Below the pieces are notes generated by a model. The model was not told the origin of the DNA and made no database searches. It saw only the letters and a list, made by a program, of their open reading frames with translations. Shown here piece after piece: positions 31,119-42,420 of a stretch of 64,000 nt of DNA; within the stretch, counting starts at the first letter, position 1, and the number at the start of each line of letters is the position of its first letter. The position numbers were made by a program, and so were the translations under genes. Source of the DNA: Candidatus Eiseniibacteriota bacterium (lineage in GTDB: Bacteria; Eisenbacteria; RBG-16-71-46; CAVPCR01). The stretch spans positions 160,001 through 224,000 of the forward strand of contig CAVPCR010000002.1 of NCBI GenBank assembly GCA_963702435.1, read 5' to 3'.

Positions 31119-31769
31119 TCAGAACGTGAAGGCGATCCCCACGCGCCGGGCGGACACATCGACGAGGAGCGCGGCGTCCGGGGCGAGACCGCTCGACTCC
31201 TCCCCCTCCGGCGCCGCGGGCCGGACGTCCGGGGATCCGGGTGCGGCGGGCGCCGCCGGGAGCGCCTCCGCGGGCCGCTCGAACTCGGACCCCATGTCGA
31301 AGTCGCGCAGATGCGCGTCGGTGTATGCGTCGAGCATGCTCAGGAGCACGGCGAATCCCGCCCACCAGAAACGACTGATGCCGCGATCGCGGCGATCCAG
31401 ATAGCGCTGATACTCCTCGGCCGCCTCGGCCGCGTCGCCGCGATCGGCTGCCCGGTCCTGCGCCTCGAGACTCCGCTCGGCTCGCCGGAGCTCGACGAAC
31501 CCGCTGGCGAGGAGACCCACTTCGGCGCCGAACACGGCGACCGCCTTCAACTCCTGCCCGTTCTCGAGCTGGCCCCAGCCGGGGCACGCCAACGAGCGCA
31601 GGAGCGTCGAGACCGGTGACGCGGTCGACGGCGAGGCCGCAACCGGGCTCGCGGTCCCCGCGTCCGCCGCCGCCGGTGCGGCGTCGGCCAGGGCCGCCGC
31701 GAGCACCAGCACGAGGGCCGCGCGGACGGGACCGCCAGGACCTCGACCGCCGCGCGTGGCGTGAGCCAC
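31119..31769 (-). CDS. DUF5683-like membrane/exported protein
   Basis: RSLACPGWGQL.N, LSMLDAYTDAHL..FD; start moved to GTG 31769 to avoid the tRNA. Confidence 0.7.
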   Translation of the reverse strand: MAHATRGGRGPGGPVRAALVLVLAAALADAAPAAADAGTASPVAASPSTASPVSTLLRSLACPGWGQLENGQELKAVAVFGAEVGLLASGFVELRRAERSLEAQDRAADRGDAAEAAEEYQRYLDRRDRGISRFWWAGFAVLLSMLDAYTDAHLRDFDMGSEFERPAEALPAAPAAPGSPDVRPAAPEGEESSGLAPDAALLVDVSARRVGIAFTF

Positions 31770-31782
31770 CCGGAGAAGCCGC

Positions 31783-31880
31783 TGGCGGGAACGTGTGGGA
31801 ATCGAACCCACCTCGGACGTGATTAGCGCCCGACATGAGGATTTGAAGTCCTTGAGGTCCACCAGAACTCATCCGTTCCC
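31783..31880 (-). tRNA. selC: tRNA-Sec (anticodon UCA)
   Basis: 98 nt GGGAACGG...CTGGTGG...CT-TCA-AA...long variable arm...GTGGGTTCGATTCCCAC...GTTCCC-GCCA. Confidence 0.93.
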
Positions 31881-32072
31881 GGCGCCGGAGCCTAGCAGAG
31901 GGACCCGGGGCGGACAAGCGAACCGAGGGCCGGGCCGGCCCCGACGGGCTTCCCGGAAGCCCGTCGGGAGTCGACACGCTGCCAGGTTCGCCGGACTGGA
32001 GGCTGCCGAGAACGCATTTTTCGCCGCAGGCGGCGCTGCGCGCCCGCGCGAGGAGGTTCCGTCAACAGCCCC

Positions 32073-32465
32073 CTAGGCGGAGCGGCCGGCCGCGACCATG
32101 TCGATCTCGACCCGGGCCCCGAGCGGCAGCGCGGAGACTCCGACCGTCGACCGGGCGGGGCAGCTCGCTCCCAGGCGGCGCGCATAGACCGCGTTCATGG
32201 CCGGGAAGTCGGCGAGATCGAGCAGGAAGACGGTGGTCTTCACCACATCGGCGAAGGTCAGCCCGGCCGCGGCGAGCACCGCTGCGAGGTTGTCGAGCGC
32301 GCGCTCGGTTTCCGCCTCGATCCCGCCCGGGACGAGCTTGCCGGTGCCCGGATCGTTTCCCACCTGCCGGCCGTGAACACGAGCCCGCCCGCCGGGGCGG
32401 CGACGGCCTGGCTGTAGGGACCGATCGCGGCGCGGCGCCCCGGTGGTCTCGATCGCTCGCGGCAT
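32073..32465 (-). CDS. RidA/YjgF family deaminase (two compensating frameshifts, probably sequence errors)
   Basis: AIGPYSQAV in one frame; VVKTTVFL...MNAVY...PARSTVGV..LPLGARVEID in the other. Confidence 0.85.
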   Translation of the reverse strand: MPRAIETTGAPRRDRSLQPGRRRPGGRARVHGRQVGNDPGTGKLVPGGIEAETERALDNLAAVLAAAGLTFADVVKTTVFLLDLADFPAMNAVYARRLGASCPARSTVGVSALPLGARVEIDMVAAGRSA

Positions 32466-32500
32466 CCCTGCCTCCTCCTCCTCCCCACGCCCGGCGCCGG

Positions 32501-34367
<1,867 letters not shown>

Positions 34368-34480
34368 CCGAGGGAACCTCCGCTTTCGGCCGAGCCGGGG
34401 TGGGATTCGCGGCGCCGCGCCGCGCGCTCGGCCGGGAGCTTGAGCGACCAGAAGCTCTTCCTACAGTATCACATCTCTCG

Positions 34481-35851
34481 CTACGCCCGCACCGCACCAC
34501 CGCCCAGGGCGAGGGCGCGCTCGACCAGGGCCGCGGCCGCTTCGGGGCTCTGCGCTTCCCCGATCACCCTGATTATCGGCTCGGTGTTGGACATCCTGAG
34601 GTGCACCCAGGCGTCCGGCCAGCGGAGGAGCACGCCGTCGGTGCGATCCACGCTCGCTCCCGGCCGCTCGGCCGCCAGCCGGGCGGCCACGGCCTCCGGG
34701 TCCGCCGCGCCCGCCGGGAGCTTCGACTTGACGATCGCGAAACGCGGGATGGTCTCGGCCAGGCTCTGGAGCGTTCCGCCCCAGTCGGCGAGATGCTGGA
34801 TCACGATCGCGGCCGCCACCGAGGCGTCGCGCATGAGCCCGAGCGGGGGATAGATCACGCCGCCGTTGCCCTCGCCGCCGATCGCGGCGGAGACCGCTCG
34901 GATCCGCTCGACGACGTTGGCCTCGCCGACCGCGGTGCGATGCACGCGGCCGCCGAAGCGGGCCGCCACCTTGTCGATGGCCATCGAGGTGGAGACGTTG
35001 GTGACGACGTCGCCGCCGCCCTGTCGTTTGAGCACGAACTCGACGGCGAGCGCGAGCGTGAACTCCTCCCCGAGCGGCTCGCCGCGGCCGGTGACGAGGG
35101 CCAGACGGTCGACGTCCGGATCGCAGGCGAGCCCGAGGTCGGCACCCGTCTCCACCACGCGGGCGGCGAGCCCGGCCAGGTTCTCGCGCGTGGGCTCGGG
35201 CCCGCGGGCGAAGCGCCCGGTCGGCTCGAGATGGATCCCGATCACGCGCACGCCGAGCCGATCGAGGAGCGCGGGCAGGATGAGCCCCCCCGCTCCGTTC
35301 GTCGTGTCGAGAACCGCGGTCAGTCCGCGGCGGCGGATGGCCTCGCGATCGAGAAACGGCAAGGCGAGGATGCGGGCGAGATGCCGCTCGATGGCGGTCG
35401 AGTCCGTCTGCTCGCCGCCAAGCGCGTCATAGGCGCGAAAGACGAAGCGATCCTCGTCGATCCGGCGATAGAGGGCGGCGGCGGCGCTCGCCGTGAGGAA
35501 GGTGCCGTCGCTCGCGATGAACTTGAACGCGTTCCACTCCGCCGGATTGTGGCTCGCGGTCACCGCGATGCCGCCCGCCGCACCGAGTTCCTTCACCATG
35601 TTCTGCACGGTCGGGGTCGGCGTGACGCCGATCCTGACGACGTCCGCTCCGGCCCCGCGGAGGCCGGCCACGAGCGCCGCCTCAAGCACGGGGCCGGAGA
35701 CGCGGGAATCGCGCCCGACGACCACCGGGCTCTCGCCCATCTCCAGCGCGAAGGCGGCCCCGAACGCCGCGGCGACGATCGGGTCGAGCCCCGCGCCGAC
35801 TATGCCGCGAGCACCCGACACGCCGCAGATCAGACTCTCCGGACGCTTCAT
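34481..35851 (-). CDS. glmM: Phosphoglucosamine mutase / phosphohexomutase
   Basis: GRDSRVSG, TASHNP, DPDVDR, GGEGNGG, R.SNTEPIIR; upstream of glmS. Confidence 0.9.
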   Translation of the reverse strand: MKRPESLICGVSGARGIVGAGLDPIVAAAFGAAFALEMGESPVVVGRDSRVSGPVLEAALVAGLRGAGADVVRIGVTPTPTVQNMVKELGAAGGIAVTASHNPAEWNAFKFIASDGTFLTASAAAALYRRIDEDRFVFRAYDALGGEQTDSTAIERHLARILALPFLDREAIRRRGLTAVLDTTNGAGGLILPALLDRLGVRVIGIHLEPTGRFARGPEPTRENLAGLAARVVETGADLGLACDPDVDRLALVTGRGEPLGEEFTLALAVEFVLKRQGGGDVVTNVSTSMAIDKVAARFGGRVHRTAVGEANVVERIRAVSAAIGGEGNGGVIYPPLGLMRDASVAAAIVIQHLADWGGTLQSLAETIPRFAIVKSKLPAGAADPEAVAARLAAERPGASVDRTDGVLLRWPDAWVHLRMSNTEPIIRVIGEAQSPEAAAALVERALALGGGAVRA

Positions 35852-35948
35852 GATCGACTCACCATGGGGTGGCCCGGCCGGCCGGCGCCGGCCGGAAAAT
35901 GCACACGGACGGGAAGCGGCTTCCCGTCCGGCGCGTCGAGAAGGAAAC

Positions 35949-36024
35949 TGGAGCTGGTGATCGGAGTCGAACCGATGACCTACGCATTACGAGTGCGTTG
36001 CTCTACCAACTGAGCTACACCAGC
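35949..36024 (-). tRNA. tRNA-Thr (CGU)
   Basis: GCTGGTGTAGCTCAGTTGGTAGAGC...CT-CGT-AA...GGTTCGACTCC...CCA, 76 nt. Confidence 0.97.
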
Positions 36025-36104
36025 TCGCATGGGGCGGGCCCCGGTGGCCAAGGCCGCGCCGGGGCCCGAAAGGCGGACGAGGGCGCCAGGACCCTCGCGA
36101 ACAC

Positions 36105-36180
36105 TGGTGCGACCCCGCAGAATCGAACTGCGGACACCCACATTTTCAGTGTGGTGCTCTACCAACTGAGCTAGGGTCGC
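36105..36180 (-). tRNA. tRNA-Phe (GAA)
   Basis: GCGACCCTAGCTCAGTTGGTAGAGC...CT-GAA-AA...GTTCGATTC...CCA, 76 nt. Confidence 0.97.
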
Positions 36181-36308
36181 CTCGGCCTTTCGGCAAGGCC
36201 GCGTTGAGAAATAGCATACCCTCCCCGTCACGGTCAAGACCGCCGGCGCGCGCCCCGGCTCCGGACATCCGCGCCCCCGATCCGCGCCCGGCCGGCGCCC
36301 CGGCGCCG

Positions 36309-36665
36309 TCACGCGGCGAGCAGGCTCCTGACCTTGTCCTTGAGCTCGCTCAGGTCGGAGGACTTGATCACGTAGGCGTCGGCGCCCCAGGTCGAGAAAT
36401 CTGATTTGAAGGCGGGGTAGGCCGAGTTGATGACGATGGGCACCGCCTTCGTCCGCTTGAGCAGGTGGTCGAGCAGCTCGAGCCCGTCCATGGGCTCCAT
36501 TTTGATGTCGAGGACGACGAGATCCGGGCGCTCGCGATCGATCACCGCGAGGGCGTCGTCCCCGGTCTGCGCCGTCACCACGTCGTAGCCGCAATCGGCG
36601 AACTCGCTGGCGTAGAGCAGGCAGAGGCTCGCATCGTCCTCGACGAAGAGAATCCTCGACATCAT
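36309..36665 (-). CDS. Single-domain response regulator
   Basis: ILFVEDD, DLVVLDIKM..MDG, INSAY, YVIKS; overlaps kinase stop. Confidence 0.92.
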   Translation of the reverse strand: MMSRILFVEDDASLCLLYASEFADCGYDVVTAQTGDDALAVIDRERPDLVVLDIKMEPMDGLELLDHLLKRTKAVPIVINSAYPAFKSDFSTWGADAYVIKSSDLSELKDKVRSLLAA

Positions 36666-38827
36666 ACGTCCCCTTTCGCGCGGCCGGCACGGTCGGCAGA
36701 CCCGAGGTCGGCGTCCTCGTCCGCGCCGGACGGCGGAATCCGGCGATCGAGAATGCGCTGCCGGCGGTCGCCGCCGATGAGCCGGCGATCCTCGTTGCCG
36801 GGAATGGGCAGCACCACGGTGAAGATCGCACCCCACTCCCCCTCGCTCCGCACCCGGATCTGGCCGCCGTGCTCCCGCACGAGCTTGAGCGCCACCGGCA
36901 GTCCGAGCCCGGAACCGGTGCGCTTGGAGGTCGCGAACGGCACGAACAAGCGTTCGATCATCTCGCCGGGAATCGGCTCGCCGTCGGTCGCCACCTCGAG
37001 GGCGACGTGGTCGTCCCTCTGGATGGTGTCGACGCGCAGGCGGCCGCCGTCCGGCAGGCTCTGGATGCCGTTCTGGAAGAGATTCAGGAGGACCTGCTTG
37101 ATGCGGTCGGCATCGAGCAGGAGCTCGGGCAGGTCGGCGGCGAGGCGCTTCTGCACGCGCACGCGGCGGCGCTGCGCCTCGTGCATGATGATGAGAAGCG
37201 TGTGCTCGACGACCTTGTTCAGGTCGGTTCGCTCGAGCCGCGGCGGCGTGAGCTGCGCGAACTCGAGCTGGGTGGTGAGGATGCGTTCGAGCCGCTCGGT
37301 CTCGGAGACGATCACCTCGGCGGCCTGGCGCTCGCGCGTCCCGGGCGCGAAGTGCGGGATCAGCCGCCGGGCGAAGCCGCCGATCGAGGCGAGCGGATTG
37401 CGGATCTCGTGCGCCACCTTGGCGCTCATCTCGCCCAGCGCGGCCAGCTTCTCGGTGCGGGCCCGGATCACCTCGCCCTCGCGCAGCTGTTCCTCGGTCT
37501 CGCGCACGCGCTCGAAGAGGCGGGCGTTCTCGATGGCGATCGCCGCCTGGTCGGCGAGGATGGCCAGGAACTCCTGGTCCTCCACCGTGAACACCGGTGA
37601 ATCGAGGAACGAACCCTGCACCTTGCCGAACACGGCGAGCGCCCCGGTCGGCCTCTCGCGGACGAGGAGGGGCACGCAGAGGAGCGAGCGGGAATCGGTG
37701 CCGGCGAGCTCGGGGACGATGACCGGCCCCGCGGTGGCCACCGCCCGCCGGGCGATGTCGGCGACCGCTCCGCTCTCGTCGCTCCCGGCGAGCGCGGCGC
37801 CCGCGGCGAAGGTGGCCGCCACGGTGAGCGCCTCGCCCTCGTCGAGGAGCCACACGACCGAACCATGGGCGCCGATCACCTGGGCCGAGATGCGAGCGAT
37901 CGTCGTCAGCTCGGTCGCGAGATCGGTCGTGGTCAGGATGCCCTTCGACACCTCGTGGATCGTCGAGCGCTCCTCGAGCCGCTGGGCGAGCCGGGTGTAG
38001 ACCTGCGCCTTCTCGAGGGCGAGCCCGGCGTGCTCGCCGAGCGCGGCGAGGAGCGTCACCTCCTCGTCGCGGATGCGGCGGCCCGTGAACTGGTGATCGG
38101 CGACGATCGCGCCGAGCACGTGCCCCGGCGAGCAGACCGGGGCCACGACGAAGCTCCGGGTGGGAAAGGCGAGGAGCAGCTCGCGCGGTACGCCGGGGTG
38201 GCTCTCGGCGTCGGCGACCACGATCGGCTTCCCCTCGTGCAAGACGTCGGCGAAGACCGACGGCCCGGCGTTGAGCGGAACCGAGAGCTGGGCGATCGCG
38301 CGGTCGAGCGCGGTGGCGCCCGGGAGCTCGTTCGCCGCGCGCGTGGCGAGCTCGATGAAGCTGTGCTCACCGATCGTGCGCCAGATCTGCGCCGCCTCCT
38401 CTCCGCTCACCGGACCGAGGCCGGCGCGGCCGATCAGGCGCTCGCCGGCGGCGTCGGTGAGGAAGAGGAGCGCGCGATTGAAGCCGAGGGCGCTGCCCGC
38501 GGTCACCGCCGTGAGCACGATGCGCATGATCGCCCCCAGCTCGAGCGAGCCGTGGAGGACGCTCAGGACCTGGAAGAGGAGGGCGTACTCGCGGTTCTTG
38601 TCCCTGAGGAGCGAGACCTCGTCGTTCAGCCGCTCGCCGGAGAGCTGGTCGCCGGGCTCACCGGCAACGCCCGCGCGCGCCGTCCCGGTGGTTGCGAGGT
38701 ACGGCGCGACTCCGCCGGCGGCGGGAACACCGGCGGGAACACCGGACACGCTCGCCGGCGAGGCGGACGGCGATGGCAGCATGGGCTCCAAGGCCCGTGT
38801 GCCTGCAAACTCGCCCATGGGCTCCAT
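36662..38827 (-). CDS. Cytoplasmic double-GAF sensor histidine kinase
   Basis: Two GAF-like segments, AHEIRNPLASIGG H-box, QVLLNL..N, FVPFATSK..GSGLGL. Confidence 0.92.
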   Translation of the reverse strand: MEPMGEFAGTRALEPMLPSPSASPASVSGVPAGVPAAGGVAPYLATTGTARAGVAGEPGDQLSGERLNDEVSLLRDKNREYALLFQVLSVLHGSLELGAIMRIVLTAVTAGSALGFNRALLFLTDAAGERLIGRAGLGPVSGEEAAQIWRTIGEHSFIELATRAANELPGATALDRAIAQLSVPLNAGPSVFADVLHEGKPIVVADAESHPGVPRELLLAFPTRSFVVAPVCSPGHVLGAIVADHQFTGRRIRDEEVTLLAALGEHAGLALEKAQVYTRLAQRLEERSTIHEVSKGILTTTDLATELTTIARISAQVIGAHGSVVWLLDEGEALTVAATFAAGAALAGSDESGAVADIARRAVATAGPVIVPELAGTDSRSLLCVPLLVRERPTGALAVFGKVQGSFLDSPVFTVEDQEFLAILADQAAIAIENARLFERVRETEEQLREGEVIRARTEKLAALGEMSAKVAHEIRNPLASIGGFARRLIPHFAPGTRERQAAEVIVSETERLERILTTQLEFAQLTPPRLERTDLNKVVEHTLLIIMHEAQRRRVRVQKRLAADLPELLLDADRIKQVLLNLFQNGIQSLPDGGRLRVDTIQRDDHVALEVATDGEPIPGEMIERLFVPFATSKRTGSGLGLPVALKLVREHGGQIRVRSEGEWGAIFTVVLPIPGNEDRRLIGGDRRQRILDRRIPPSGADEDADLGSADRAGRAKGDV

Positions 38828-38975
38828 CCAGTACGCGGGGCGCTAGAAACGCCCCGGCACCTCACCGGCCGCGCGCGTGTTCAAGGGTGTAGTGGCTCTG
38901 CCCCCTCGATGCGGTCGGGAGCGCAGAAGATTGCATCGACAGGACGCCTGCTCCGTTGCCGCCGTGGGGATCAGG

Positions 38976-38991
38976 AGCAACTCCTATGCCA
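38976..38991 (-). promoter_or_regulatory. Putative sigma-54 promoter for the GAF kinase/receiver pair
   Basis: TGGCATAGGAGTTGCT, GG-N10-GC with correct flanks. Confidence 0.75.
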
Positions 38992-39262
38992 CAGCTCGGG
39001 GCAGGCTACGGGGGCACTGACAGGCACTCTACGCCTGTACGGGAGGGCGGTCAAACGATAAGTCTGCAGGGACCTTAAGCGACTCAGGCAGGGCGCTGTC
39101 CCCCCGGCTGCGGGCTCCGAAGGGGCAGCGGCCCTCTGCCCGCCGCGGCTGGCAGGTGGGACGAAATCAGCCGGGGCCGCCGGCCGGCCGCCATCGAGCC
39201 GCGAGGCGACGGGTGATCCCCGCCGCCTCGCTCGAACATGCGCGGGCTGTGGCCCGGTTCTC

Positions 39263-39499
39263 TCAGCCGTTGAGCGGGCCGCTCGGGATCTGGACCTCGG
39301 CGGGCGGGGCCGGCTCGGCGGCCGGAGCCGGCGGCGCCGCCTGCGGTTCGAGAGATGCCGGAACCACCGCCGAGGCGGGGGCGCTCACGGCGCCGGACTT
39401 GCTCCGGGTCATCCATCCGCCCAGGATGACCCCCCACAGGATCACGATGGCGGCAGCGAGCGTCAGGTTCACAGCGTTCCCGCGGGACATCATGCTCAT
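39263..39499 (-). CDS. Small single-TM hypothetical protein
   Basis: One hydrophobic helix plus Ala/Pro tail; ATGA overlap with the pilX-like gene. Confidence 0.6.
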   Translation of the reverse strand: MSMMSRGNAVNLTLAAAIVILWGVILGGWMTRSKSGAVSAPASAVVPASLEPQAAPPAPAAEPAPPAEVQIPSGPLNG

Positions 39500-41136
39500 A
39501 GCTCTCTCCAGGCGATCACACGCGCCGTCGGCATGTCGGCCTCGAAGCGGTTGGTGGTCGGGAAGTAGGGTGGAATCAGGCCGCGCCGGTCATACCGAAA
39601 GTCCCGCGCAAAGCCGGTGCGTAACGACCCGTCGTTGTTGAAGGTGTAGAACGCCCCGTAGCGCTCCGTGATCATCCCGCCGCGCAGGTGGAACGTGCCG
39701 CGCGGCGAGCCGCTGTCGTAGTTGTCGACCTTGAGCGACTTCCCGTTGCCGAACGCCATGACAAAGGCGTCGAGATTGCAGTTCTGGGGAGCCGAGCCCC
39801 CCACGCGCACGTCGCCAGTCGCCGACAGGAGGCCCAGCACGCCAGTGCTGCTCGACGAGTTGTAGTTCTCCACCGTGACGTCGCCGTTGACCACGATGTC
39901 GCCGGTCGCCGCCAGAAGCAGCTGGTTGTCCTCGGCGATGGCCGGGGGGGGCGACCCGTTCACCCGGTCGGGTCCACGGAGGCTGCTGACCGTGCCATTG
40001 ACGAAGGTCACCCCGCGCGGGCAGCCGGTGTAAGTGGTCGTCCCGGCGCCCTGGCTCACCAGCGTCTGGTTGGCCGCGCGGTCGATGGTGATGGTCTTGG
40101 TCGTCGCGCCCTGGGTCAAGGCGTAGACTTGGCGCCCGTTGTTGTCGACGCTGGCGCGGTACGAGTTGAGCGTGCCCTGCACATAGAGACCGCCGGTCAC
40201 CGCCCCGCCCGAGTTCACGACGTAGACACCATTGGGCGGCGTCGAACTGCCGCCGCCCGTGCCCAGAATCGTATTGATCACCGTGTTGCTCGGGGGCGTC
40301 GAACTCGAGGGGTTGAGTCCCAGCGCCGCGTTCTGCTGGTTGAAGGCGTTGTTCGGCAAGGGAATGGAGGGTGCGCTGCGATTAAACCCACCATGGAAGT
40401 TCGGCACGTCGGTCGAGCCGTTGTTGTTCGCGGCCCGCTCGATGGGTGAACCCCGATTGTAGAACCAGGACCGGCTGTTGACTTGGCTGGTCAGGTCTTC
40501 GAAGGTCGGCTGGTAGGCGAATCGGAACTGGGTATTGGTGTGCACCCGGCCGTCGAAGTACCCGCTCGAGGTGAACCAGATCGCATCTCCTGACGGCATC
40601 AGATGCGTATTGGTGTAGATCAGGTAGTCCGTGAACGAGCCTCGCTCCGCGCTCACCCGCAAGACGCCATCGCTTTGCACCTGCCGCGAGCCACGCTGCC
40701 CGAACGCTCCGCCCGAGGTTATCGTGTAGCGATAGTTGTAGACCTGGGCGGTATCGGCCAGGTCGCTATCCGCAAAGGCTATGCTCGCAGCGGCGCTGAA
40801 GCTCGGAGAGCTCCTGGTCAACAGCAGCTGGCCAGCGGGGAACAAGGCGCCGGGCTGAGTGATCACCGGGCCGACGCCGCTCCACACGTTGCACACGCTG
40901 TCCAGCTTGACCTGGGCCATGTTGGCCAGCATCTGCTGTGCCGTTCGCACCCCGGCGTCGGCCGCGTAGAGCGAGCCCTTGGCCACGTGCACGTTGGCCG
41001 ACACCGACCGCTCGGTGACGGTCGTGGCCATGTAGGTCACGGCCACGGTCGAGATCAGCATGAGCACGAGGAGCGACGTGATCAAGGCGACGCCGCGCTC
41101 GGCGCTCTTCGCATCCCGCACATGGACGGTTCGCAT
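39496..41136 (-). CDS. PilX-like minor pilin with large Ser/Thr/Asn/Gly-rich C-terminal domain (DUF4900-like)
   Basis: ERG|VALITSLLVL prepilin-like start lacking E5, YAADAG, GRVHTN, YDRR...PPYFP; GGAGG RBS. Confidence 0.85.
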   Translation of the reverse strand: MRTVHVRDAKSAERGVALITSLLVLMLISTVAVTYMATTVTERSVSANVHVAKGSLYAADAGVRTAQQMLANMAQVKLDSVCNVWSGVGPVITQPGALFPAGQLLLTRSSPSFSAAASIAFADSDLADTAQVYNYRYTITSGGAFGQRGSRQVQSDGVLRVSAERGSFTDYLIYTNTHLMPSGDAIWFTSSGYFDGRVHTNTQFRFAYQPTFEDLTSQVNSRSWFYNRGSPIERAANNNGSTDVPNFHGGFNRSAPSIPLPNNAFNQQNAALGLNPSSSTPPSNTVINTILGTGGGSSTPPNGVYVVNSGGAVTGGLYVQGTLNSYRASVDNNGRQVYALTQGATTKTITIDRAANQTLVSQGAGTTTYTGCPRGVTFVNGTVSSLRGPDRVNGSPPPAIAEDNQLLLAATGDIVVNGDVTVENYNSSSSTGVLGLLSATGDVRVGGSAPQNCNLDAFVMAFGNGKSLKVDNYDSGSPRGTFHLRGGMITERYGAFYTFNNDGSLRTGFARDFRYDRRGLIPPYFPTTNRFEADMPTARVIAWREL

Positions 41137-41147
41137 GGTATACCTCC

Positions 41148-41240
41148 TCACCGGCCGTCCGGCTCGGCGATCGCCCAGACCGAATCGCTGACGTCTGGCT
41201 GGTGTTGGGACGAGTGGATGTGCGCGCCACGGGCGCATCA
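41148..41240 (-). pseudogene. Relic of the 3' end of a pilW-like gene
   Basis: Translates (one frameshift) to MRP.AHI...VSDSVWAIAEPDGR-stop versus VRPLVRI...VNDSVWAIAKPRTF-stop of the intact gene; 18-nt exact repeat at 41166-41183 and 41563-41580. Confidence 0.75.
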
Positions 41241-41456
41241 TCCTCGCGTTCCCTGGTTCCTCCATCTGGTCAGATGGTCGGCCCGGTCAGCGCCGGGCCC
41301 CTTTTCGCTGGCGAGACCTGGCGTTCCGCCGCCGCCTGCCCGGCCACGGCGCACGCCCTGACCCTGCGGTTTGCATGTGAGGTCTCCACCGTACGGCCAC
41401 AAGAGGCCGCAAAAGCCTCGTCCCGGAGAACGAGCTGCGAGTCACTCCGTGGTTTA

Positions 41457-41472
41457 TGCAGGAGTCGTGCCA
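41457..41472 (-). promoter_or_regulatory. Putative sigma-54 promoter upstream of the pilX-like gene
   Basis: TGGCACGACTCCTGCA. Confidence 0.75.
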
Positions 41473-41544
41473 TGGGCTGGCTTGCGTGGCCGGTGGGAAG
41501 CTCGCTGCGGACAGCCAGCGCCCCGCCAGCAGCTGGCAGATCCG

Positions 41545-42408
41545 CTAAAAGGTCCGGGGTTTGGCGATCGCCCAGACCGAGTCGTTCACCGTCCCGTTGC
41601 CGCTTTCGTATGAAATGCGCACGAGCGGACGCACCCTGTCGACGCTGGTCCAATCCAGCGGATTCCGCGTCAAGGTCCCATCCTGCATCAGGTACCAGAC
41701 CTCGAACGCAACCACGGTCTGCGCCACGACCTGCGGTAACCCGTTGTTCTCAATGCGCACCAGGCTCGGGCGCGTGAAGGTGGTCGGATCGAAGCGGTAT
41801 TGCGTCCAGGTTGACTTGTAAACTTCCGCGTTGACACCGTACCCACCCGGGGGCCAGTTGGCGTAGGAGCTCGCCGGATTCCAGGGCGAGGAGCTGGCAT
41901 GCCGCAGCACGGCCGGTGAGCTCGCCGTTCCCGTCACCTGAAACAGGTGCGCACTGGCACCGCTGGTCACCACCACCAGGTCCCCGACGCTGAACCCGCT
42001 AATGCTCTGCACCGGGATGTCAGTAGTACAGGTGCTCATGGTCGCGCGCAGCTTGGTAGCATTGCCGACGAACCCGCCGATGATCGACAGCGTGTCGCTG
42101 TTCGCCCCCGCGTAACCGGGGTCGATCGGCGTGACCTGGAACTGCTGCCCGGAGTAGTTGATGTTGCATGCCAACCGGCCCCAGCCGGAGCCCGCCATGC
42201 GCACCTCGCGCTCAATGAGCTGGCAGGCCGCCCGCGCGTTCTGTCGCGACTCGACCAGGGCGTTCATCCGCTGTGCGTTGCCCTGCGCTCGGAAGAAGGT
42301 GGAGTAGACGATCGTGAGGATCATCGAGATGATGGCCACCGTGACCATCATCTCAACCATCGTGAAGCCGCGCGATGCGGTGTGTGGTGCTTGCCGCTGG
42401 TTAGCCAT
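41545..42408 (-). CDS. PilW-like minor pilin
   Basis: RG|FTMVEMMV class III signal, EREVRMAGSG. Confidence 0.88.
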   Translation of the reverse strand: MANQRQAPHTASRGFTMVEMMVTVAIISMILTIVYSTFFRAQGNAQRMNALVESRQNARAACQLIEREVRMAGSGWGRLACNINYSGQQFQVTPIDPGYAGANSDTLSIIGGFVGNATKLRATMSTCTTDIPVQSISGFSVGDLVVVTSGASAHLFQVTGTASSPAVLRHASSSPWNPASSYANWPPGGYGVNAEVYKSTWTQYRFDPTTFTRPSLVRIENNGLPQVVAQTVVAFEVWYLMQDGTLTRNPLDWTSVDRVRPLVRISYESGNGTVNDSVWAIAKPRTF

Positions 42409-42420
42409 GGCTTCTTTACC

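Noticed and set aside
31770..31862. N-terminal extension of ORF 31119..31862
   Set aside because: Overlaps the tRNA-Sec; a downstream GTG start is more plausible
34368..34480. glmS ribozyme
   Set aside because: Gap is short and lacks the conserved AGCGCC...GACGAGG core
35949..36180. tRNA-anchored integrated element explaining the pilin cassette
   Set aside because: The cassette lies 5' of the tRNAs; no integrase or duplicated tRNA 3' end was seen
41137..41580. DGR template/variable repeat pair
   Set aside because: Differences are not adenine-specific, include an indel, and no reverse transcriptase is in the window
41270..41653. 127-aa ORF in the pilW-pilX gap
   Set aside because: Overlaps pilW out of frame, has no recognisable features and spans the promoter motif
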